Below the pieces are notes generated by a model. The model ran no database searches. It was not told where the DNA came from and worked only from the letters and a program-made list of their open reading frames with translations. 64,000 nt of DNA from an uncultured Chroococcidiopsis sp. (GTDB taxonomy: Bacteria > Cyanobacteriota > Cyanobacteriia > Cyanobacteriales > Chroococcidiopsidaceae), in assembly GCA_964248365.1 (NCBI GenBank), contig CAXTYC010000002.1, forward strand, positions 331,275 to 395,274, written 5' to 3'. This document shows, in pieces, positions 46,235-55,257 of the stretch (its first letter is position 1; the number at the start of each line of letters is the position of its first letter). Made by a program: the position numbers and the translations under genes.

Positions 46235-46706
46235 GAATAACCTTATTTTTCGTCCATGCACGAACCTCAAAACCATCTGATTTGTCAGAAATTCGCACGT
46301 AGAAAAGTTGGTGAAATCCTTCTGCGTAAGAGGGGCGTGTGAGTTTTTTAATTGTGGCGTAAATTCCTACTTCAGGCACTCGTGCTTTACCAGAGCGTTG
46401 ACTGTTGCGCTCTAGGCAATTGCTCAGCACAGATTGAAAGTAATAGCCAATAATTTCACAACCGTATTTACAGCCTAGCCTAATGAGCGGTGCGCGTACC
46501 TCGATTGTGGGATTAGTGTTGTCAACAACTACCGAACGTCCTGCCTCAAATGCGCTTTCAATTAGCTGTGTTTGCCTTCTATCCTTGTTTTTATTGTTAC
46601 GTAATAAATCCTTGCTGATATGCTCGTGGGTGGAGGCAAAATGAGTGCGGAAGAAAGTACTTTTTCCAGAAGCTTGTAAACCCACAAAGATGATTAATTG
46701 CATCAC
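46227..46706 (-). CDS. AAA_33 / polynucleotide-kinase-like P-loop kinase
   Basis: FVGLQASGKSTF Walker A, HISKD, VVVDNTNP...R, CLERNSQR...VP lid, PSYAEGF. Confidence 0.88.
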   Translation of the reverse strand: MMQLIIFVGLQASGKSTFFRTHFASTHEHISKDLLRNNKNKDRRQTQLIESAFEAGRSVVVDNTNPTIEVRAPLIRLGCKYGCEIIGYYFQSVLSNCLERNSQRSGKARVPEVGIYATIKKLTRPSYAEGFHQLFYVRISDKSDGFEVRAWTKNKVIHG

Positions 46707-46784
46707 AATGCAACAGTTTATTCAAAGATTTGACAGGCATTGGAGGTGGTGGGCATGGGTGGCATACACAGCTAGGATTTTGAG

Positions 46785-48641
46785 TTAGTTTAGTTGTTCG
46801 ATCGCAGCTTTTAAACCGTTGCCCGTTAATAGCTGCAAAATTTCATCGGCAGAGGCGCGATCGCTAAATGCACCTGCTTGCATAATCACTTTACCATTCG
46901 AGAGTGTACGAAAAGCACCAGGAACGAGCGATCGCACGAGAGCTTGTTTCGTTTGTGTTTCTGCCTCTACCACTACTCGATAACGAAAACCCATTGCTGT
47001 AGCTAGAGTAGGTGGCTGTGGTGGATTACCAGCAGTCGGAACACCAGGTGCTAATACTTGTGGTTTTAGCTGGTTACTATTGTTGCCAATGGGAATATTT
47101 GCATTGGGAACAGGCAACAATTCGGAAGTATTAATCGGTGCAGGCGCTAATACAGGTAATCCTTGTGTCAAGCTATCACTTTTTGGTTGTGGCGGTGGGG
47201 TGGGAATTTTTATCTCGGTAGGCGGCTTGTTATTACCAGCAGCAGAGGAAACATTACTTTCAACCCGATTGGGTTTTGTTTGAGTAAAACTCGGTTTTTG
47301 TGGCGCATTGCTTGGTTTTGGTTTAACTTTCTGTGTGGATGCTGGCGGAGGTACAGGAATGTCAATAGGTGCGGCTGTGGCAGGCGATACGCCTACAATA
47401 CGAAGCTGTTGGTCTTTTTTCTCAAAAGGTACAGGAATGTCGATAGGTGCGGCTGTGGCAGGCGATACGCCTACTTGATGAAGTTGTTGCTCTTTTTCTG
47501 GCAAAGTTACTCGATTGAGAGCTATTTGATGATTATCAGCCCTCGCCGCTAGAATAGTTGAACTTCCTGTTGCGGCTAAATCAATGTTGCCAATACTATG
47601 ATCTTGAGCTAATTGATTGCCAAAAGCCGTGAGTAATTGTTTAGCGGCGCTGCTATTGATGTCATAACGACCGTTTTGGCGAAATATGTTGCCGCCTGGT
47701 TGTGTTTTCGTGCCTACATCTGGCAGGCTATTGGCGATCGCTACTACTCCATCTTCGGTATTGCCCTCGATCGCGTTGTTGCGTAACACTGGACGAGCAT
47801 TAGCTTGAATCACTATACCAGATCTATTTTTAATAATGCGATTACCCAATAGTAGCGGCGCGGCTTTTTGGGCGATGTTAATCCCAAATCCTGTTTGTTC
47901 AAACACATTTTCCCGCACCAGGGGTTTGGATATACCATAAATCGTAATTCCATTCGCTCCATTGTGATGAAAGTAATTGTTGCGAATGATCGGCGCACTA
48001 TTGCCAGTTACAGAAATCCCATCATGATCGCTGCCAGTGAAAGTATTGTCATTTACCGTTGGGCTACTCGACTCAATCCACAGCCCATAACCACGCGGAT
48101 TAGGATTAGTGACACTTACCCCCATTAGACTAGCCTCGTTTGCTCCAAGAATCGTCACGTCTTGACGGGCAAAAGTGGGACTCATGAAAGTTCCACCACC
48201 CTTAATCACAATATTGCTACCTTTTGTCTTGGAGTCGCCTAATATCGAGACACCTGATTTAAGTTGAAGCGGAAATTTTTCACCCGAATTGGTGCTGTAA
48301 GTACCAGCAGCAAGGATAATTACGCTATTGGGTTCGGCTACCTGTAGCGCTTGAGTAATTGTTTTAAAGGGGGCGCTTTGACTACTATCGTTACTGCCAT
48401 TGGCAACGGATGGATTAACGAATAGCATTTTCTGGGGCGTTTGATTTTGACCTCGCCTAGAACTTTGAGCCAGTTGTTGAGGTGGTAGCTCTAATGTAAC
48501 TCCCTGTGTGCTTAAACACAGCCAGGTTATACTAGTTAAACCAATTGTTGTGGCACTCAACAGTAGACGAGGGCTGCTAGTTTTATGCGCGATCGCCTTT
48601 AAAGTGAAAGCTAGATTAGGCAAGCGGTAATTTAGACTCAA
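46785..48641 (-). CDS. DUF1565 beta-helix surface protein with Pro-rich linker and C-terminal SPOR-like region
   Basis: LFVNP, APFKTITQAL, LAAGTYS...GEKFPL, parallel beta-helix repeats, MQAGAFSDRASA. Confidence 0.85.
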   Translation of the reverse strand: MSLNYRLPNLAFTLKAIAHKTSSPRLLLSATTIGLTSITWLCLSTQGVTLELPPQQLAQSSRRGQNQTPQKMLFVNPSVANGSNDSSQSAPFKTITQALQVAEPNSVIILAAGTYSTNSGEKFPLQLKSGVSILGDSKTKGSNIVIKGGGTFMSPTFARQDVTILGANEASLMGVSVTNPNPRGYGLWIESSSPTVNDNTFTGSDHDGISVTGNSAPIIRNNYFHHNGANGITIYGISKPLVRENVFEQTGFGINIAQKAAPLLLGNRIIKNRSGIVIQANARPVLRNNAIEGNTEDGVVAIANSLPDVGTKTQPGGNIFRQNGRYDINSSAAKQLLTAFGNQLAQDHSIGNIDLAATGSSTILAARADNHQIALNRVTLPEKEQQLHQVGVSPATAAPIDIPVPFEKKDQQLRIVGVSPATAAPIDIPVPPPASTQKVKPKPSNAPQKPSFTQTKPNRVESNVSSAAGNNKPPTEIKIPTPPPQPKSDSLTQGLPVLAPAPINTSELLPVPNANIPIGNNSNQLKPQVLAPGVPTAGNPPQPPTLATAMGFRYRVVVEAETQTKQALVRSLVPGAFRTLSNGKVIMQAGAFSDRASADEILQLLTGNGLKAAIEQLN

Positions 48642-49111
48642 GGCAACTTCTCCTCACTTCTTTCCTAAGCACAGCCAAAACCCCTCTCGATACTAGGGGA
48701 AAGGGAAAAGAGAAAAGGGTAAAGGTAAAGGAGACCCACGACAGGAGACAGAATATTTAATTCTTTCTTCTCCCACTCTCCCCCTCTCCCCCTTTCCCCC
48801 TCATCCCCACGAGCGCTCTTGAAGAGCGAGTTCCCCCTCTCCCACTCTCCCTTTTGAATTGGCTGGGATTTTGAAATGTTCTGCTTTTTATACAGTAAAA
48901 GTGGTTAAAAGTCAAGATAGTTAATCGAGAGAGGCGATCGCTTCTTTGAATAACATTCACGGGGAAGCTATTAGCTGTTAGCTCATAAATCTGTGCCACC
49001 AAAATCATAGAACTAAAATTGGGTGATATTTCGCAATGGGGAAGCTGACTGTTAGGATGAGAAATTAATGATTTGTTCCAAATTACACAGCTACATCCTT
49101 AAGGAGGGCTA

Positions 49112-50176
49112 GTGCACTCAGCGGTTTGCCGTATCTTGGATGCCAATTTAGACCGCGCCCGTGAAGGCTTGCGAATCATAGAAGAATGGTGCCGCTTTGG
49201 TCTGAACAGCGTCCAGCTAAGTGAAGAATGCAAACAATTACGCCAAGAGTTAGCCAGCTGGCATAATTCGGAACTGCGAGCTGCAAGAGATACCCCTGGC
49301 GATCCTGGGACTGAGTTAACCCATCCCCAAGAACAACAACGCGCTAGCTTAGCAATGTTGCTGCAAGCAAATTTTTGTCGCGTAGAAGAAGCGCTGCGGG
49401 TATTAGAAGAATATGGCAAGCTTTACCACCCAAAAATGGGGGGTGCTTTTAAGCAGATGCGTTATCGAGTATATACCCTAGAAAGTAATCTACTGGGTTA
49501 TCAACGACACAAACTGTTAGCACAATCCTATTTATATCTTGTCACCTCTCCAGCCTCGTCGTTGTTTAACATTGTCGAAGCTGCCCTGCAAGGTGGACTA
49601 AGGTTGTTACAATACCGAGACAAAAATACCGACGATATTGAGCGACTAGATACAGCTCGGAAGTTACGCCAACTATGCCAGCAATATGGAGCAATTTTCA
49701 TTATTAATGATCGCGTGGATTTAGCTTTGGCAGTAGACGCTGATGGTGTGCATCTAGGGCAGCAAGATATGCCGATTGCAGTTGCTCGGATGCTACTTGG
49801 TCCCCAAAGGATTATTGGTCGATCTACTACCAACCCAGACGAAATGCAACGAGCAATTGGGGAGGGAGCAGACTATATTGGGGTTGGTCCAGTTTATGAG
49901 ACACCGACCAAAGTAGGTAAAGCAGCAGCTGGGTTAGAATATGTCCGCTACGCGGCTAGGCACTGTCCTATTCCCTGGTTTGCGATTGGAGGAATAGACG
50001 TGCAGAACGTCACTGATGTAATTTCAGCTGGAGCAGAGCGAATAGCCGTCGTGCGAAGTCTCATGCAAGCAGAGCAACCGACTTTGGTAACTCAGTATTT
50101 CCTTTCCCAACTGACTTGCGCCCAATCTCTCAAAATTGCCAAAGTGGGCAATAACGACTCTTTGGGTGAACAGTAA
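49112..50176 (+). CDS. thiE: Thiamine-phosphate synthase (cyanobacterial long form)
   Basis: RILDANLDRAREGLRIIEE N-domain; QYRDK, INDRVDLA, DGVHLGQQD, GPVYETPTK, FAIGGI. Confidence 0.96.
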   Translation: MHSAVCRILDANLDRAREGLRIIEEWCRFGLNSVQLSEECKQLRQELASWHNSELRAARDTPGDPGTELTHPQEQQRASLAMLLQANFCRVEEALRVLEEYGKLYHPKMGGAFKQMRYRVYTLESNLLGYQRHKLLAQSYLYLVTSPASSLFNIVEAALQGGLRLLQYRDKNTDDIERLDTARKLRQLCQQYGAIFIINDRVDLALAVDADGVHLGQQDMPIAVARMLLGPQRIIGRSTTNPDEMQRAIGEGADYIGVGPVYETPTKVGKAAAGLEYVRYAARHCPIPWFAIGGIDVQNVTDVISAGAERIAVVRSLMQAEQPTLVTQYFLSQLTCAQSLKIAKVGNNDSLGEQ

Positions 50177-50264
50177 TCAATTATGGATGAACAATGAACA
50201 ACTCACTATGTTCGCAATGAATAAGTGGCAATTGATAATTGATAATTGATAATTGATAATTGAC

Positions 50265-50477
50265 ATGGCTGATCAAATCGCGTTGCAAGTGAATGGTGAA
50301 ATCCGTACCTGTAAGGCAACTTCTCCACTCACTGATGTCTTACAACAACTCGGCTTCAATCCCCGTCTAGTGGCAGTAGAATACAACGGTGAAATTTTGC
50401 ATCGCCAGTTTTGGGCAGAAACTCAGATCCATCAAGGCGATCGCTTAGAAGTAGTGACAATCGTCGGCGGCGGCTAA
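50265..50477 (+). CDS. thiS: Sulfur carrier protein ThiS
   Basis: VNGE, VAVEYNGEIL, C-terminal EVVTIVGGG. Confidence 0.95.
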   Translation: MADQIALQVNGEIRTCKATSPLTDVLQQLGFNPRLVAVEYNGEILHRQFWAETQIHQGDRLEVVTIVGGG

Positions 50478-50826
50478 AGGCTAGGGGCTAGTGGAACCGA
50501 TGGAACTGGTGGCTAGAAATCCCAGTTGAAGTTTTTTGGTTAGCTACCCTAGTTTCTAATTACTAGCCACTCTTGACTATTCTCTAGCCACTAGTCACTA
50601 GTTCCACTGATTCCACTATTAAGGTTCGGTAATCCTACTTCAGGGGCAAGCTGAGAAAACAATAGAGGCGATAGAGTAGAAATGTAGCTAATGCATACAG
50701 CTTCAAGGCTGATCGATTAGTTGTAATTGCTACAACCGAACCACTGCTTACGTTATTGCTAAGGGAAAATCATATACCCTAAATGGAATAAACCAAAGCC
50801 AATATTGTTTTTCAAAGCATTGTGTT

Positions 50827-51810
50827 ATGCGTAAAAAACTGTTTTCGGTCATGAAACCGCTTTTAAAACATCTGTTTCTATTTGGTCTTGTTGCTACTTT
50901 GGCATTGAGTCACGCTGACGGAGCTTTAGCAGCGCGTACTGGCGGTCGAATTGGTGGTGGTTCTTTTAGAGCGCCCAGCCGCACCTACAGCCCTCCGAGT
51001 CGCACTTATGCGCCTGGCGGGGGAGGATATTATGCTCCTTATCCTGGGGGTGGATTTGGTTTCCCGTTCCTATTTCCTTTCTTTGGGATTGGGGGTGGAT
51101 TTGGCGGTCTGTTTACAATCTTGATTTTTATTGCGATCGCCAACTTTTTGGTGCAAACCTTCCGTCGCGTTGGTAGCAACGATGTTGAGGTCGAATACAG
51201 CAGCAATCCTCCTGTAACCGTTACTCGTTTACAAGTGGGTATGTTAGCCCAAGCTCGTGATTTGCAACCCGAACTCAACCGCATTGCCGAAACTGCTGAT
51301 ACCAATACTCCTGAAGGACGTGCAGAAATCTTACAGGAAGCATCCCTCGCTTTGCTTCGCCATCCAGAATACTGGGTATATGCTGGCGGTAATACCAAGC
51401 AAGCTCGTTTAGGTTCAGCCGAATCTGAGTTCAACCGTTTGGCTTTGGCAGAACGAAGCAAATTCACTGAAGAAACTCTTTCCAACGTCAACAACCAACT
51501 CAAAGGATCAAGTCCACGAGGCGCTTTATCACCAGCTTCTTCCCCTAGTGAGTTAGATAACCCGACTCGTCTGATTACTGAAGGACCTGGAGAATACATT
51601 ATCGTCACCCTGCTAGCAGCAACCTTGGGCAACCTGCAACTACCAGCTATTAACAGTGTTGATGATTTGCGGCAAGCGCTGCGTATAATTGGTGGTGTTG
51701 GGGGCGATCGCCTGCTTGCTATTGAAGTTCTATGGACACCACAAGCAGAAGGTGACACCCTAACTTCTGATGATTTATTGGCAGAGTACGCCGATCTAAA
51801 ACTGATTTAA
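50827..51810 (+). CDS. DUF1517 domain protein
   Basis: GGRIGGGSFRAP, LQVGMLA, LALLRHPEYW, ERSKFTEETLSN, EVLWTPQAEGDTL. Confidence 0.9.
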   Translation: MRKKLFSVMKPLLKHLFLFGLVATLALSHADGALAARTGGRIGGGSFRAPSRTYSPPSRTYAPGGGGYYAPYPGGGFGFPFLFPFFGIGGGFGGLFTILIFIAIANFLVQTFRRVGSNDVEVEYSSNPPVTVTRLQVGMLAQARDLQPELNRIAETADTNTPEGRAEILQEASLALLRHPEYWVYAGGNTKQARLGSAESEFNRLALAERSKFTEETLSNVNNQLKGSSPRGALSPASSPSELDNPTRLITEGPGEYIIVTLLAATLGNLQLPAINSVDDLRQALRIIGGVGGDRLLAIEVLWTPQAEGDTLTSDDLLAEYADLKLI

Positions 51811-52120
51811 ATCACAAGCTGCCTTGGACTCTAGAAGTTATTGCAAGTTAGGCTAAACAATCAAAAATTCATTGACATCGAACGGGGCTTGATATCAAAG
51901 CCCCTTTTTTTATCGGGGAACGGGGAAAGGGGAAAGGGGAAAGGGAAAAGGCAAAGAAGTATAAAGTGTAAAGTATGAAATGTGAAGTGTGAAGTGTGTA
52001 CAAGGGAGCGTTCCCCTTCCCCACAGGGGTTGCTGAAGGCTAGGGTAGTATGAAATTTCATTCTTTAACCTTTACCCTTCAACCTTTATCCTTCATCTTT
52101 CGTCCTTTATCCTTCAACCT

Positions 52121-52900
52121 TCAACCTTTATCCTTTAACCCTTCCGTTCCTTGATAACGGATATATTCAGCTATAAAAGCAACTAGCCCAGACACCAAAA
52201 TCAAAAGAACGCTAAGTGCATTAATATCTGGCTTGACTCCACTACGGATGCGGCTAAAGATCTCCATTGGTAGGGTAGTAGCGCCGCTACTAGAGGTAAA
52301 GCTAGCAATGAGAAAATCATCCAAGCTGAGGACGAAAGCTAATAGACAACCACATAGAATCCCAGGCATTAATTGAGGTAGTAAAACTTTGATAAAAGCT
52401 ATGACTGGTGTGGCTCCTAAATCTAAAGCAGCTTCTTCTAAATGGGGATCTAAAGAAGCCAGCCGCGCAGAAACGACAAGTCCGACATAGGCAAGACAGA
52501 AGACGACATGAGCTGCCACAATTGTCCATAAACCTAGTGGAATGGCAAATGTGGCTAAAAAGACTAAAGTAGCAACAGCGATCGCAATATCTGGAATTAT
52601 GATTGGTAGGTAGGAAATCCCACGATACAAAGTTTTACCAACAAACTGATAACGGGCTAAGCCCACTGCCATCAGTGTACCTAGTACGGCTGATATCCCG
52701 ACAGCACATAAAGCTACAACCAGACTATTTTGCAGTGCAGTAAGAATGCGGGTATCCCGAAACAACATGAGATACCAATTTAAAGTAAATCCCTGCCAGC
52801 GAGCGCTATAAGCAGAAGTATTAAAACTATAAAAGGTCAGTACCAAGATCGGTAGGTACATGACAAAAAACATCACTAAGGAAAAAATTGCCTGCCACAA
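52121..52900 (-). CDS. Spermidine/putrescine ABC permease (PotC-like)
   Basis: YLPILVL...YSFN, GFTLNWY, IPDI, LEEAALDLGA, LSLDDF, TLPMEIFS. Confidence 0.9.
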   Translation of the reverse strand: MWQAIFSLVMFFVMYLPILVLTFYSFNTSAYSARWQGFTLNWYLMLFRDTRILTALQNSLVVALCAVGISAVLGTLMAVGLARYQFVGKTLYRGISYLPIIIPDIAIAVATLVFLATFAIPLGLWTIVAAHVVFCLAYVGLVVSARLASLDPHLEEAALDLGATPVIAFIKVLLPQLMPGILCGCLLAFVLSLDDFLIASFTSSSGATTLPMEIFSRIRSGVKPDINALSVLLILVSGLVAFIAEYIRYQGTEGLKDKG

Positions 52901-52947
52901 GTTATTTAGTCAATTATCAATGAACAATTATCAATTATCAATTACCT

Positions 52948-53448
52948 TCATTGTTCATTGTTCTTTGATAATTGTTCATTGATTTTGTTATATGCCGCAA
53001 TCCGATACGGGTATATACCGAAATGATTGCGCCCAAGGGGCTGTTCCACTATCCGTTCTACCAAAACACAGTTAAGCCAAGTGAAGAATTTCTTGACGTA
53101 GCTGCCTGGAATATATTGCCGTGTTTCGAGGGTGAGGACAATTAGCCCAAAATCCGACGATGATCTAATATTGCGGATTTTAGCCTCGATTCCATCTTTA
53201 AGTTTGAGCAGCAATTGCACACAAGCGAAAAACCAGCGGCGCTTGACGAACGTGCAGCAGCGGCGATTATTGATGCGGTACACCACATAAGGTGTATTCG
53301 AGGCGTTTTTGGTAAAGCCAACTCGCTCGACTTCGATCAAGGTAGGAACGAGGGGCGCAAGCAATGGGACGATCACTTTGCTTTGAAATTTTAGGCTGGA
53401 AAGCAAAGAAGAAGCGATCGCTTTTGAGTCAGATTGGTTAAAATACAT
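52948..53448 (-). CDS. Hypothetical basic protein
   Basis: GGAGG RBS before ATG at 53448; YVVYRINNRRCCTFVKRRWF motif; divergent from the RHH genes. Confidence 0.7.
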   Translation of the reverse strand: MYFNQSDSKAIASSLLSSLKFQSKVIVPLLAPLVPTLIEVERVGFTKNASNTPYVVYRINNRRCCTFVKRRWFFACVQLLLKLKDGIEAKIRNIRSSSDFGLIVLTLETRQYIPGSYVKKFFTWLNCVLVERIVEQPLGRNHFGIYPYRIAAYNKINEQLSKNNEQ

Positions 53449-53570
53449 GATAGCCTCCAAACTAGGGTAGTCTCCAAACTATGTATACCGGATGTTTGAG
53501 GTGATGCCAGGAGGTGAGTTGGTAGCTTTTGCTCCTGGCTTAAACTTATATTATTATACAATAACCTACT

Positions 53571-53795
53571 ATGTATACACAAGAGGAAAACCCAAAAAAA
53601 CCAATTTCTCGATTTGAATCACCGTATGAAAAGCCAATGGCGGAAAAGCCCTTGTCGGTGCGGGTTGAAGTTGATATTGATGCATATGTAAGAAGTCTTG
53701 CTAATAGAACTGGGTGGCTGCGGGAGGCGATCGCGGAAAAATACCAAAGAGATTTACAAGAAAAAGGCATAACTGGTTCCGCTGCCAATGATTAG
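53571..53795 (+). CDS. Small ribbon-helix-helix-like DNA-binding protein, paralogue 1
   Basis: KPLSVRVEVDIDAYVRSLANRTGWLREAIAEK beta-alpha-alpha pattern. Confidence 0.72.
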   Translation: MYTQEENPKKPISRFESPYEKPMAEKPLSVRVEVDIDAYVRSLANRTGWLREAIAEKYQRDLQEKGITGSAAND

Positions 53796-53876
53796 TAACA
53801 CTGCCACTTTGTTGGTAGCCCCCCTCTTACGGTTTTGAATCTGAATTAATTGTACGTGATAATACGTTAACACACA

Positions 53877-54089
53877 ATGGCGAACCCGCATCCGACATAT
53901 AAATTAACACCGCTATATGGAGAAGCGATGGCGGAAAAGCCAGTAGCAGTACGCTTGGCAAAAGAAATAGATGCTTACGTGCGATCGCTTCCCAACAAAA
54001 CTGAGTGGCTACGGGAGGCGATCGCAGAAAAATACCAAAGAGATTTACAAGAAAAAGGCACGACACAAGTCACGCCCAACTCACAGTAA
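53877..54089 (+). CDS. Small ribbon-helix-helix-like DNA-binding protein, paralogue 2
   Basis: KPVAVRLAKEIDAYVRSLPNKTEWLREAIAEK; clearly homologous to 53571-53795. Confidence 0.72.
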   Translation: MANPHPTYKLTPLYGEAMAEKPVAVRLAKEIDAYVRSLPNKTEWLREAIAEKYQRDLQEKGTTQVTPNSQ

Positions 54090-54218
54090 AAAACCGACAC
54101 GAGAAATCGGCAGAACTTAGCCCACAAAAGCCGATGCGATCGCAAGGGAAGCTGGGGGAACTGGGGGAACTGAGGAAGAAATTACCTTTACCCTTTCCCC
54201 TTTCCCCTTTCCCCTTTC

Positions 54219-54998
54219 TTACATATAACGAGTTAGCTGAACGCGGTAACGTTCTTTTTTGGTAACAGCAACTTCCCCAACTTCTAAACGTCCTTTGCCA
54301 CGAATGGCGATTAAGTCTCCTGATTTAACTGGGGTACTGGCAGAGGTGACATCCTTCCAATTGACGCGCACATCCCCACCATTGATTAACTCTGCCATTT
54401 TGCTACGAGACATCCCAAAACCAGCCGATGCGATCGCATCGAGTCGTAGCGAAGCCTCAACCGTTGTCAAGTCTTTTTTCTTCGGTTCTCGAATCTTTAA
54501 TTCACCCAAGTCAATTCGCTGGGTTTTGACTGGTACTGAACGTACCTGATTAAGATTCATTTCCAGAAATTCCACTAATTCTGGCACTACAACTGCTTGC
54601 GCCCCCCGTTCACCTAGCACAATGATGTCACCCGTTTTTTCCCGCACAATACCAGTTCCCAACATTGCGCCCAAAAAGTCGCGGTGAGTTGCAGTATCAA
54701 ACAAAAAGTTACCAGCAATTTCCAGTGAGGCGACTGCAACGAGGGAAGAATCTAGGGGAACTTCAGCACGGGCTAAAGCTATTCGTTGTCTTTCCGCCTG
54801 GGGATAACCACCCCAAGCAACCAGCTGCACTTCAGTTAAACGACTAAAAATTTGTTGAACTTGGGCTATTTCTGGGGGAGACAGAAAATCTGTACAAACA
54901 ACTTCCCAAGTTTTAATCGCTTGATCTGCTAGATCAATTACACGAGCGATAGTTTCTCGATCTTCAACACCTTTTAAAAGTTCTTCCCTTGGCAGCAT
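54219..54998 (-). CDS. Photosystem II S4-domain protein (YlmH/Sll1252 family)
   Basis: TDFLSPPE, GGYPQAERQR, HRDFLGAMLGTGIVREKTGDI, SLRLDAIASAGFGMSR, IRGKGR. Confidence 0.93.
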   Translation of the reverse strand: MLPREELLKGVEDRETIARVIDLADQAIKTWEVVCTDFLSPPEIAQVQQIFSRLTEVQLVAWGGYPQAERQRIALARAEVPLDSSLVAVASLEIAGNFLFDTATHRDFLGAMLGTGIVREKTGDIIVLGERGAQAVVVPELVEFLEMNLNQVRSVPVKTQRIDLGELKIREPKKKDLTTVEASLRLDAIASAGFGMSRSKMAELINGGDVRVNWKDVTSASTPVKSGDLIAIRGKGRLEVGEVAVTKKERYRVQLTRYM

Positions 54999-55084
54999 CT
55001 TAAAAATTATGAAGTATGAATTATGTAGTATGAAATCAGTTATTTGTGTTTTGATGATTCATCATTTTTCTAGTTTCCATCTAG

Positions 55085-55253
55085 ACTGCGTCAGGGTACT
55101 GCCACCAAGCCTGCGCTTTTGGTGGTATGTATGTGCTTAGACGATACTCAGGCTGTGAAGCAAGAAGCTTGGACTGGACTTGTTGGCACACAATTAAGTC
55201 TATTCTAAGAACCGGATTCCATACCCGTCAGGGTTGGGAGAGGAGAACGTCAC
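55085..55253 (+). ncRNA. Candidate structured RNA / IS200-IS605 right-end (omegaRNA-like) remnant without tnpB
   Basis: Three hairpins (55100-55127; 55168-55209 with G-U pairs; about 55218-55239 with ACCC-GTCA-GGGT) ending in GTCAC; 5' boundary uncertain. Confidence 0.5.
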
Positions 55254-55257
55254 TTTT

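Noticed and set aside
49030..49111. TPP riboswitch upstream of thiE
   Set aside because: Only a loose GGGG...TGAGA resemblance; the ACCC, ACCTGA and AGGGA core elements are missing
50624..50638. K-box-like GTTCGGTAATCCTAC upstream of DUF1517
   Set aside because: One base short of the GTTCGG-N4-CC-N2-AC spacing; single imperfect match
51039..51758. 239-aa minus-strand ORF, and similar shadow ORFs over murC, acs, serA, fabG and groEL
   Set aside because: Antisense or out-of-frame shadows of well-supported genes, with no motifs
55085..55253. 6S RNA, SRP RNA or RNase P RNA
   Set aside because: No end-to-end rod pairing or signature motifs of these RNAs; several local hairpins instead
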